Sequence record: NC_028925.1
DNA from: Escherichia phage vB_EcoM_VR25
Length of the DNA stretch: 64,000 nt
Strand: one strand, 5' to 3'
Positions within the stretch are counted from its first letter, which is position 1, and each line of letters starts with the position of its first letter. A model generated the notes under the pieces. It was not told the DNA's origin. It made no database searches and saw only the letters and a list, made by a program, of their open reading frames with translations. Positions 34,115-42,420 of this stretch are shown here, piece after piece. A program made the translations under genes and the position numbers.

Positions 34115-34708
34115 TTACTTAAGTGAATTGATGTATTCTTCAATGTCAGCGGATGTGGTATCCACACCAACCTGTGGACCTTTGAAGGTTTCAACACGCA
34201 TCAGAGTGTCTTCAATATCAATCTTAGTCAATGCAGCGATTTCAACAACATCATCTGCGGTTGCAATACCTAGGGCAGACACCTTACGGGTTTCGCGGAT
34301 GTATTCCAGTTTAACAGCTAGTTCCTGACGAGAGTCATCCAGCTCTTTAACTTTCAATTTAATTTCATTACGCATTTCAACATAATCATCTGCCTTCTTA
34401 CGAAGTTGTTTAGCAGTGCGACGATACAGGAGACCCAGTTTAGCATGGACCTGGACATCAGCACCATCAGCAATCAGTTTACGAATTTCACGCTCTTTTG
34501 AAGCGGCGAGCTGGTCTTTTTCATTCGCTAACTCGCGGATGCGTTTTTCTTCATTAACAGACTTAACGTGGGCAGTCTGGAGCTCAGTAATCTTGTCAAT
34601 CAGGGTAGAAGCCGCTTTAGTATATTGGTCTTCAATAGACAGGTTTTGTGCCATTGCAGTACCCAGTTTGGAGCGGATGAATTCAACAAGTTTCTTTAAA
34701 GTATTCAT
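34115..34708 (-). CDS. PspA/IM30-like coiled-coil protein, 197 aa (tentative)
   Basis: ATG start; long heptad-like helical sequence of PspA-like length; assignment from composition, not a verified match. Confidence 0.35.
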   Translation of the reverse strand: MNTLKKLVEFIRSKLGTAMAQNLSIEDQYTKAASTLIDKITELQTAHVKSVNEEKRIRELANEKDQLAASKEREIRKLIADGADVQVHAKLGLLYRRTAKQLRKKADDYVEMRNEIKLKVKELDDSRQELAVKLEYIRETRKVSALGIATADDVVEIAALTKIDIEDTLMRVETFKGPQVGVDTTSADIEEYINSLK

Positions 34709-34784
34709 GGTATTTCCTTCAGTTGGTTAATGTTTTATTATCCAGGGAACATACTATCATGTTCCCGTTAAAGCGTACACTGAT

Positions 34785-35090
34785 TTAGATTTTATTTTCC
34801 TGCACACCATAGTAAAGTTCATCAGACACGATATTCAGGATGCGGCGAACATATTCATCATGGTAACGACATTCAAAATCAAATTCAACTGTAGTTTCTG
34901 CTTCACGAGTAAACTTAACAACCACATTCAGGTGGTTAACAACTTTAGTAAAGCTGTCAGTAAAGAATTCTTTTGCTACTGCTTGTTGTACTTGTACTTT
35001 GAACTTAGTGTTGCGAATCATGTTTTCAGCTGATGCGAAATTACCAGTTTTATCAAAGTCAACAAGCGCCAGGTTGATGATGAATTTCAT
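34785..35090 (-). CDS. Hypothetical protein, 101 aa
   Basis: Track ORF, ATG start preceded by the conserved leader. Confidence 0.45.
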   Translation of the reverse strand: MKFIINLALVDFDKTGNFASAENMIRNTKFKVQVQQAVAKEFFTDSFTKVVNHLNVVVKFTREAETTVEFDFECRYHDEYVRRILNIVSDELYYGVQENKI

Positions 35091-35129
35091 TTTATTCTCC
35101 AGTTTTATTTGGTAACTCAGTATGGAATC

Positions 35130-35159
35130 ATTATGCCTTAAAGCAGGGGGCTTGTATAC
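35130..35159 (-). promoter_or_regulatory. Early promoter with stem-loop (PeSL-like cassette)
   Basis: Minus strand GGGGG-TATACAAG-CCCCC hairpin carrying GTATAC, 18-nt spacer, CATAAT, then leader GATTCCATACTGAGTTACCAAATAAAACTGGAGAATAAA. Confidence 0.5.
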
Positions 35160-35171
35160 CCCCTTTTTGAA

Positions 35172-35615
35172 TTAAATTTCAAATTCTTTGCGGAAGTTGG
35201 AAGCATAAGATTGAACAGATGCTTTGTTGAATCCAAACTCACGCACAATCATATCAATAACAGCTCTGCGAGCAGCACCATTAGACATATTAACAGTTTT
35301 GAACATATCATAGCATAAATCTTTGTTGCTCATACCGGAGCGTTTAGGTGCCTTACGCTCAGCTTTTGGTTCAGCTTTAGGAGTAGGTTTAACTTCTGGT
35401 TTAACCTGCCCATCATTCAGACCTTTAAAAATTTTACCTGCCAGAGTTGCCAGTTTAGCAGCTTCACCACGAGTGATACCAAATACTGCCGGGTTAAATG
35501 AAATACCTTCAGCTGTCAGACGTTTGAAGAACATACGCGCTGCGGATTGCGCTTCAGCTTCAGAAGAGTTGTTTAATGCCAGTTTAACGTACTTAACCAG
35601 TTTTGAAGTTTTCAT
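35172..35615 (-). CDS. Hypothetical protein, 147 aa, C-terminal ...VQSYASNFRKEFEI
   Basis: Track ORF; C-terminal 35 residues paralogous to ORF 36068..36493. Confidence 0.5.
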   Translation of the reverse strand: MKTSKLVKYVKLALNNSSEAEAQSAARMFFKRLTAEGISFNPAVFGITRGEAAKLATLAGKIFKGLNDGQVKPEVKPTPKAEPKAERKAPKRSGMSNKDLCYDMFKTVNMSNGAARRAVIDMIVREFGFNKASVQSYASNFRKEFEI

Positions 35616-35656
35616 TTTATTATCCCGTTTGTTTATTTGGTAACTCAGTATGGAAT

Positions 35657-35686
35657 CATTATGCCTTAGTTAAATTCCAAAGTACA
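35657..35686 (-). promoter_or_regulatory. Early promoter cassette
   Basis: Minus strand GTGTAC-18 nt-CATAAT then the same conserved leader. Confidence 0.5.
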
Positions 35687-35688
35687 CA

Positions 35689-35985
35689 TTAATTTTCAGA
35701 AGTTGGGAAATAAACTTCAAAGTCATACATGTTTACTACTGCAGATGCAATTGCTTGATACTGCATACCCAAGAAAGTTTTCTTGTTCTTGCGCCATAAG
35801 TTAACCATTTCTGTTTTGATGCATGCCAGAGAATAGTTGGATGCAGGATACTGTTTGATGATTGCAACAACTTCTTCAGAAGCAGTTTCGCACAATTCAT
35901 TCAGTTGAGCTTCAATTTTAGCAGAAATGATTGCTTTGTTTTCTTCTTGAGCTTGTGTAGCGTGCCATGCAGGTGCGTTAAACAT
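35689..35985 (-). CDS. Hypothetical protein, 98 aa
   Basis: Track ORF. Confidence 0.45.
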   Translation of the reverse strand: MFNAPAWHATQAQEENKAIISAKIEAQLNELCETASEEVVAIIKQYPASNYSLACIKTEMVNLWRKNKKTFLGMQYQAIASAVVNMYDFEVYFPTSEN

Positions 35986-36026
35986 TTTATTCTCCAGTGT
36001 TTTATTTGGTAACTCAGTATGGGATA

Positions 36027-36055
36027 ATTATACACTATCCCACCTGGAAGTAAAA
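36027..36055 (-). promoter_or_regulatory. Early promoter cassette
   Basis: Minus strand TTTTAC-17 nt-TATAAT then conserved leader. Confidence 0.5.
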
Positions 36056-36067
36056 CACTTTTCTCAA

Positions 36068-36493
36068 TTATTTTTGAGCTTTGCGGAAGTTGGAAGCATA
36101 AGACTGAACAACAGTCTTTTTGATATCATGGGTGGTAACCAGAACATCAATCAGAGCGCGGCGTGCTGCATTATCATTCATATCAATTTCTGCAAATGCC
36201 TGGAAGCAAATGTCACGGGCGTTACCAGATTTGGACTGGATTTTTTCTTCTTTAACTTCTTCAATTGGGAATTCAATCATTTCAGCTTGGATTAATTCAA
36301 TGATGGATTCTTTTGACTGTTTGGTGTTTACCTTCAGTTCAGAATTAAGGGACTTAGCGATGGCAACAATCTGGGTTGAAGTCAGATGGATAAGTGCATC
36401 TTCACGAATACAGATTTCACATACTTCGTCGGCAACCATTTTGTTAGTGATGCGGGTAACAGAGAATGCAGAGGTCAGGGTCAGAAAGTTCAT
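36068..36493 (-). CDS. Hypothetical protein, about 141 aa, C-terminal ...VQSYASNFRKAQK
   Basis: Internal Met (MNFLTLTSAF...) consistent with the promoter cassette at 36544-36574; paralogous C-terminus to 35172..35615. Confidence 0.45.
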   Translation of the reverse strand: MNFLTLTSAFSVTRITNKMVADEVCEICIREDALIHLTSTQIVAIAKSLNSELKVNTKQSKESIIELIQAEMIEFPIEEVKEEKIQSKSGNARDICFQAFAEIDMNDNAARRALIDVLVTTHDIKKTVVQSYASNFRKAQK

Positions 36494-36543
36494 TTTATTT
36501 CTCCAAAGTTTTGTTTGATTCAGTGTGTAACTCAGTATGGAAT

Positions 36544-36574
36544 CATTATGCACCCGGTCAATTCGGATGTACAC
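36544..36574 (-). promoter_or_regulatory. Early promoter cassette
   Basis: Minus strand GTGTAC-18 nt-CATAAT then leader GATTCCATACTGAGTTACACACTGAATC. Confidence 0.5.
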
Positions 36575-36610
36575 TACTTTTTGAAGAAAATTTCAAATTT
36601 ATTCGGGGTA

Positions 36611-36640
36611 TAAAAAAGCCCCAACCTTTCGGAAGGGGCT
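36611..36640 (-). terminator. Rho-independent terminator downstream of the tRNA/small-RNA region
   Basis: AGCCCC...GGGGCT stem (6 GC-rich bp, 12-nt loop) followed by U6 on the minus-strand transcript. Confidence 0.55.
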
Positions 36641-36689
36641 AAGCCTTGCGGCAACCTTGTCGGGGTTCCACCTGCTAGGCAAGTGTTTG

Positions 36690-36770
36690 TACGAAACGCC
36701 GGGATTTGAACCCGGTTATCAAGTAGTTGACGCTACTCAATATTTTTAAAAGGCCATATCTCGACCATAT
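36690..36770 (-). ncRNA. tRNA-like structured RNA candidate (non-canonical)
   Basis: Perfect T-arm-like CCGGG-TTCAAAT-CCCGG and a second 6-bp hairpin, but no acceptor stem or 7-nt anticodon loop could be folded; in an ORF-free 300-nt stretch. Confidence 0.25.
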
Positions 36771-36957
36771 CCGAACGTTCCGTCAAAAACGCCACTCGGC
36801 TTACGGCAAAGATATTTCCTCGAATCGTTAATTAGGTGCGCCGTTTCAGCTGTGAAATAAGGGACTTTAAGAGGTCAACTCATGTACGCCTTAAAATCGG
36901 GTCTTATTCAGGGAACTTCAGTCCGACGACTTACCGGTAGCGACCCGGCTTCTTGTT

Positions 36958-37033
36958 TGGTCGAGACAGTAGGGATCGAACCTACGACCTAGGACTTAGA
37001 AGGTCCTTGCTCTTCCTTCTGAGCTATGCCTCG
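36958..37033 (-). tRNA. tRNA-Arg (anticodon UCU), CCA encoded
   Basis: Hand-folded cloverleaf: acceptor CGAGGCA/TGTCTCG, D-stem GCTC/GAGC, anticodon stem AGGAC/GTCCT with loop CTTCTAA, T-arm GTAGG-TTCGATC-CCTAC, discriminator A. Confidence 0.85.
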
Positions 37034-37167
37034 TGTTTGTTCATAGCGGGGTGGACTCGAACCACCAATATTAAGTCACTCATGCTCCAAGCATGCTAGG
37101 GCACTTACCCCGGACGGAATCGAACCGCATCTACAATACCTATCGCCATGATAATTTAAAATAAGTT
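37034..37167 (-). ncRNA. tRNA-like structured RNA region between the two tRNAs (non-canonical)
   Basis: Two T-arm-like motifs (GCGG-TTCGATT-CCGT and GGTGG-TTCGAGT-CCACC) and an anticodon-like hairpin CATG-CTTGGAG-CATG, but no consistent 7-bp acceptor stem. Confidence 0.25.
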
Positions 37168-37241
37168 TGGTGGCCCTGGGTGGAATCGAACCACCATCCA
37201 GCGATTATGAGTCGCTCGCTTGACCGTCCAGCTACAGGGCC
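37168..37241 (-). tRNA. tRNA with CAU anticodon (Met, or Ile if C34 is modified), CCA encoded
   Basis: Hand-folded cloverleaf: acceptor GGCCCTG/CAGGGCC, anticodon stem AGCGA/TCGCT with loop CTCATAA, T-arm GGTGG-TTCGATT-CCACC, discriminator A. Confidence 0.8.
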
Positions 37242-37319
37242 TTAATTCTATTATGAAAGGCTCTTTGAGGGAAGAACCTTTGGTAATAGAGGGTACTTAT
37301 TAATAATAACGCGTTTTTA

Positions 37320-37805
37320 TTAAAGCATATCAAGTGCTTTAACGTTCGGAATTTGGATTTCTTCTTCGATGATGTATAATTTTACCCACGAAACTACGCG
37401 CATAAAATCGCTATCATATTCCACTGGCTCGCCCAGTAATTCCTGGAGAGAATATAATAATTCAAATTCCTGGTCATTGTCACCTTCAACCAGGTTTTCC
37501 AGATTTTCAATACAAAGTGTTTTGTTAATGAATTCAGAAGTTAATTGACCAGATTTTACACCAGATTCAATGTGTGCGATAACCAAGTCTTTAACTACGT
37601 CCCATTCCGAATTGCCACATTTATCTGGATAGTTACAATGAGAACCTTGAAAAAGTTCCAGGATATATTTGTACTGCTGGATTTCTTGTTCTTCTACACC
37701 AAATATTGTCTGGGTTTTATAGTTGTCACCATCATTTTCCCAGGTTTCAATTTCAATCACATAACCTTTAGGGATGGTCTGACCAAATTTAATATTCATA
37801 ATCAA
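37320..37805 (-). CDS. Hypothetical acidic protein, 161 aa
   Basis: Track ORF. Confidence 0.5.
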   Translation of the reverse strand: MIMNIKFGQTIPKGYVIEIETWENDGDNYKTQTIFGVEEQEIQQYKYILELFQGSHCNYPDKCGNSEWDVVKDLVIAHIESGVKSGQLTSEFINKTLCIENLENLVEGDNDQEFELLYSLQELLGEPVEYDSDFMRVVSWVKLYIIEEEIQIPNVKALDML

Positions 37806-38185
37806 CCTTCATCAACAATAGTATGGGTATTGGCATTAACAATCTGCCACCAGTCAAAACGGTTAGAACCATAACATGGTTTATTCTCGTTTTCTTTAAT
37901 GATATCACGCAGTTCATCTTCAGTCGCAGCTTTTGCGATTAGGTCTGCATAACCGCCACGGGGATAATAGCTATCGCCAGCAAACAGTAAAAAGTTTGTT
38001 TTGATATTCTTGAATTCTTCAAGAGTAATAACCGTTCCAGATGGTTGTTGAACAATATCTACGTAACTATACCCCAATTGCTGGGCTTTATCTACCGCTT
38101 CAAGCAGGGTGTCATGTGCCCACCCAATTTGACATTCTGGTTTGTCAGATGGGTTTGCCTGATAATCCGCATACACTTTATACAT
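37802..38185 (-). CDS. Hypothetical protein, about 127 aa
   Basis: Track ORF 37802..38233 starts at TTG; first ATG at 38185 (MYKVYADYQ...) abuts the upstream stop. Confidence 0.45.
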   Translation of the reverse strand: MYKVYADYQANPSDKPECQIGWAHDTLLEAVDKAQQLGYSYVDIVQQPSGTVITLEEFKNIKTNFLLFAGDSYYPRGGYADLIAKAATEDELRDIIKENENKPCYGSNRFDWWQIVNANTHTIVDEG

Positions 38186-38186
38186 T

Positions 38187-38372
38187 TTACTCACCTTTAG
38201 ACATTTTATCCATAACGAAAGAGATTGAACCAATTAAGAATGCAACTACTAAAGAGATTATATTCTCAGAAGTTGAAAGCATATTCAACATAAAGCCAGC
38301 AAACATGCTAAAACCAAAAGCGGTAACAGCAACAAGGGCAGTAACATTTCTAATTAATTCACAACGTTTCAT
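38187..38372 (-). CDS. Small membrane protein, 61 aa
   Basis: ATG preceded by GAGGAG and promoter cassette; two hydrophobic segments. Confidence 0.45.
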   Translation of the reverse strand: MKRCELIRNVTALVAVTAFGFSMFAGFMLNMLSTSENIISLVVAFLIGSISFVMDKMSKGE

Positions 38373-38400
38373 TTTATTCTCCTCATTAGTTGATGGGATA

Positions 38401-38431
38401 ATTATACACTATCCCATATCTAAAAGTACAC
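38401..38431 (-). promoter_or_regulatory. Early promoter cassette
   Basis: Minus strand GTGTAC-19 nt-TATAAT then leader TATCCCATCAACTAATGAGGAG. Confidence 0.5.
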
Positions 38432-38665
38432 TTATTTTTTACGGAAAATTGATTTATACTTGTTAGCCCATTTCTCGATAACTTCTGCCGGACCCTGGAT
38501 AACAAAATAGTCCCCAAACTCTTCACCGCCGAGCTGACCGTAATTATCTAAGGCGTCGCGGAGAGTTCCATAAGGCATTTCGCCCATTTTATCTTTCTTG
38601 CCGGTGTAAATGAATTGCACTTTAACATCAGCAGTTTCATTAATAAATTCTTGATAAGTTTTCAT
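38432..38665 (-). CDS. Internal-protein-like protein with CTS, 77 aa
   Basis: Starts MKTYQEFINE; ATG start. Confidence 0.65.
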   Translation of the reverse strand: MKTYQEFINETADVKVQFIYTGKKDKMGEMPYGTLRDALDNYGQLGGEEFGDYFVIQGPAEVIEKWANKYKSIFRKK

Positions 38666-38690
38666 GTTGTCTCCAGTAGTTGATGGGATA

Positions 38691-38722
38691 ATTATACTGC
38701 ATTTATCCCATCGTGTACATTA
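38691..38722 (-). promoter_or_regulatory. Early promoter cassette
   Basis: Minus strand -10 TATAAT with weaker -35 (ATGTAC), then leader TATCCCATCAACTACTGGAGAC. Confidence 0.4.
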
Positions 38723-39019
38723 CATTTTTGAACCGCGAATTACACCATAAGCGGCGAAGTCGTCAGTGATATTTTTAGGGGTGTTCTTACCAGTTTCAAT
38801 ATATGCAATGCTGGATTTCTGACTAAATGAGGTAATTTTATTATAGTTAGAGTCAAGGAAGGTATAACCATTTTTACGCAGCTGGTCAAAGTCTTCAGCG
38901 TCGCCTTTACCTTTGAAGTCAACCCATTTGTATGTGTTTTTCTTCTGAAGGCCCAGAGGCCAAGTTTTTGCTTCTGCCAGGTAATTATTTTCTACCAAAA
39001 ATTCGTGGAACGTTTGCAT
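38720..39019 (-). CDS. Internal-protein-like protein with CTS, 99 aa
   Basis: Starts MQTFHEFLVE; ATG start. Confidence 0.6.
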   Translation of the reverse strand: MQTFHEFLVENNYLAEAKTWPLGLQKKNTYKWVDFKGKGDAEDFDQLRKNGYTFLDSNYNKITSFSQKSSIAYIETGKNTPKNITDDFAAYGVIRGSKM

Positions 39020-39027
39020 TTGAAATC

Positions 39028-39300
39028 CTATTTTAGATAAATTGCGTATTTTTTATAACCAGCTGTCTCATGGCGGAGACCCTTGTCATTGGCAAAACGC
39101 TCAATGTTGTTGATTTGGTTCTGGTCAAGTTCAGAGATGTCAAACGCGAAAAAGTTGCGTTTGTTACCAATTGTTATATGGTCAGTCAAGTCAATGCTGT
39201 ACAGGTGATTGATATTGTCAATCATAGCTTTGACTGCTTTACTAATTTTTACTTCTTCATTCAGTTGGGACTCGTTGAAAAGTTCATTAAAAGTTTTCAT
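39028..39300 (-). CDS. Internal-protein-like protein with CTS, 90 aa
   Basis: Starts MKTFNELFNE; ATG start. Confidence 0.6.
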   Translation of the reverse strand: MKTFNELFNESQLNEEVKISKAVKAMIDNINHLYSIDLTDHITIGNKRNFFAFDISELDQNQINNIERFANDKGLRHETAGYKKYAIYLK

Positions 39301-39308
39301 AAGAAACC

Positions 39309-39641
39309 TTATTTATACAGTTTAGCTAGTTCTTTACGTCCGCGAGCAGACATAATGAATTGTTCATCACCAATTTTGAAATAAGCCATACCGCCGTCAA
39401 CAGCGATGCCAATTTCTTTAGTACCTTCTTTGCCTTTCCACTTGCCACCAGATTTCAGGACAGCTTCAACTGCAGCTTTGGAATATTTGGACGTTTGAAA
39501 ACGTTCATTACCAATCTGAAAGAAAACACCATCTGCATTTTTGGATAAACCAAATTTCAGAGAGCCTTCACTATCATCAATTGATTTGGTTTCATTGATG
39601 GCGGATTCGGCTAAAAACTCGTTATAAGTCTTGATGTTCAT
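39309..39641 (-). CDS. Internal-protein-like protein with CTS, about 110 aa
   Basis: In-frame MNIKTYNEFLAE at 39641 preceded by GGAG; track ORF begins 11 codons upstream. Confidence 0.6.
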   Translation of the reverse strand: MNIKTYNEFLAESAINETKSIDDSEGSLKFGLSKNADGVFFQIGNERFQTSKYSKAAVEAVLKSGGKWKGKEGTKEIGIAVDGGMAYFKIGDEQFIMSARGRKELAKLYK

Positions 39642-39701
39642 TTTAACTCCGTTTGTTCGTGGGTGTAGGAACATAATACTGTGCCTACACTCATTTGTAC
39701 A

Positions 39702-40386
<685 letters not shown>

Positions 40387-40387
<1 letters not shown>

Positions 40388-41064
40388 TATATTACCTTAT
40401 TAATTTTATCAAAAAGTTCTTCGAGTGTGCCATCGTTTTTAATAACAATGTCACTAGCTAGTGGTGGAAGTCCAGCTTCCGTAATGTGTGTATCAGTAGA
40501 ATGATTTGCTTCATCGCGTTCTACAAAGATTATTGTAGCACCCATCGCCCGAAGCGAATCAAGTTCGTTCTTTTGGCGAACATCTGGGACAACGTAATAT
40601 TTATATCCAGAATAGAGGTTGTCAAGATAATCGCATGCAAAAGTTTTAATCCAAAACATGCTGTCGAACTCTGTACAAACGATGTCAGTTCCAAGGGTCT
40701 GCATGAAACGTCTAACTGTCCAGGGCTCAACATTATTTAGTGTGTGAAATTCAATGATTTTACGAACCATATCTGGATTCGGAAGGTCAAGATTATATTG
40801 CTGTTTCAACCATTCAAGAGCGTCAACCAGAAGAATATGAGCTTCAGTGTTGTTCATTATCAAGGTTTTTTCACGGTCATAACCTTGTCCATCAAAATTT
40901 TCCAGGGTCAAATTGTGTGGCAGGTCTTGACGAACCCACGCTTTATAAAGCGCTTCTTTAATTGGACCAGCAAGTTGCCACTTTGTTCCGTTTTGACTAA
41001 TAACATAATCAGCAGTCGTATCTTTACCACTGCGTTTTTTACCCACAATCGCAATTAATTTCAT
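40387..41064 (-). CDS. 1: Deoxynucleoside monophosphate kinase gp1
   Basis: 225 aa, ATG start; MKLIAIVGKKRSGKDTTADY P-loop; very similar to T4 gp1. Confidence 0.9.
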
Positions 41065-41660
41065 ACGTTTCTCATAGATGGATGCATTGACTTAGACCTG
41101 ATTTCCTGTTGCATTGCTGCATTACTATCAATCTGTGGTCTACCTTCTATTATTATACCATCAATTTCTACAGCAAAAGACTTAAAGTTAAAAGTTGCTG
41201 TTGCATTGATAGCAGGGTCAGAATCTTCTTTATATGAATACTGAATCTCTGACAGGTCGGACGGCCATGCTCCATAGTAATGGATTGACATGACAATTTT
41301 GTCCTTGTTATTATCTAAGATATGAAGCGTGACCGCTTCGGGACGACCCTTTGGATGCCATGCTTTTGATTCGTGTGTGATGTAATTGTTAAGCGAGAGC
41401 ATCCATTTATAGATATCAAGCCATGCCCTTAGGTCTTTGTCACACAGAAAGTTAACAATCAGCGGGTCGAATTCTATTGTACTACCAGGAAGACTGGAGC
41501 GATTTATACCTTGCGTTCCGCCGGGGACATCTGTAACAGGGATGTGAACCCCTGGGAGGGTAACGTCTTGAACGTTGAGTTTAAAAGTCTGTGTGAGGTT
41601 TGAATCGCTTACCTCTAATATAAAGTTAGTCGTGTTAGTTTGATTATATAAACCTGACAT
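41061..41660 (-). CDS. 3: Tail completion/sheath stabiliser protein gp3
   Basis: 199 aa, ATG start; ...DSNLTQTFKLNVQDVTLPG...IHYYGAWPS... matches T4 gp3. Confidence 0.85.
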   Translation of the reverse strand: MSGLYNQTNTTNFILEVSDSNLTQTFKLNVQDVTLPGVHIPVTDVPGGTQGINRSSLPGSTIEFDPLIVNFLCDKDLRAWLDIYKWMLSLNNYITHESKAWHPKGRPEAVTLHILDNNKDKIVMSIHYYGAWPSDLSEIQYSYKEDSDPAINATATFNFKSFAVEIDGIIIEGRPQIDSNAAMQQEIRSKSMHPSMRNV

Positions 41661-41745
41661 AGTGCACCTTGTTTGCTTTAAACCAATCAGTGTTATAATG
41701 GTTCTAGACCTTTTGTCCTTACCAATAACACTGACCGATAATAGA

Positions 41746-42420
41746 TTATTTTATTAATGTGTTAAGTCTTAGCTTAGTCATAAACGGATAACGTTCCAAC
41801 ATTGGCTTTACCCAGTATCGAGGATGCAATTCCTTTTTATATGCTAGGACCAACTCTCGAGCTTGCTCGACGGTATCAACTCCGAAGTTTTTACACATTT
41901 CTTGCCTATCTTTTTCCCACCGGCGCTTTCTCAATTCATCCTGAATCTCTTTATTTTTAAAATGTCCATTATTGCGAGAATGTTTTGTGCCCTTGGTTGG
42001 ACTGTAATGTCTTCCTTTGACAAACCCATCCGGAACATCTTCCCATGGAAATAGTTTTATCGATTTGACACCATTAGTAAAGTAAACTTTACCGGTTTGA
42101 CTTTTAGAAATATTGTCAGCGTGTCTACGTCTTAACCAGCCAAATAATTTATTATTACGTTTCAAATACTTGCTTGACTGACTCATAGATGTGGCGGCAA
42201 AACTTAAACCTGGATTTGTAGGATATATTTTAACCAATAGTTGATGGGCTACATAATGTTCCTCGGGAGTCAAATCGACTAGGTTATCAGGAGCATTTGA
42301 ACCACCCATACATTTCGGAATGATGTGATGAGATTCTTTATATGAAATCAGGACCCTGTTACGGGCCCTTTCAATTAACGATGAATATATAAACTGATAA
42401 TTCAAAGTGAATTTCTCCAT
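41746..42420 (-). CDS. Free-standing HNH homing endonuclease, 224 aa
   Basis: ATG start; HNH motif [30 protein letters not shown]; inserted between genes 2 and 3; start overlaps the last 19 nt of gene 2. Confidence 0.8.
   Translation of the reverse strand: MEKFTLNYQFIYSSLIERARNRVLISYKESHHIIPKCMGGSNAPDNLVDLTPEEHYVAHQLLVKIYPTNPGLSFAATSMSQSSKYLKRNNKLFGWLRRRHADNISKSQTGKVYFTNGVKSIKLFPWEDVPDGFVKGRHYSPTKGTKHSRNNGHFKNKEIQDELRKRRWEKDRQEMCKNFGVDTVEQARELVLAYKKELHPRYWVKPMLERYPFMTKLRLNTLIK

Noticed and set aside
37111-37130. T-arm-like GCGG-TTCGATT-CCGT as evidence for an additional tRNA
   Set aside because: No 7-bp acceptor stem can pair with the sequence following it, and a tRNA 5-prime end would overlap the neighbouring CAU tRNA; kept only as part of a tRNA-like RNA region.
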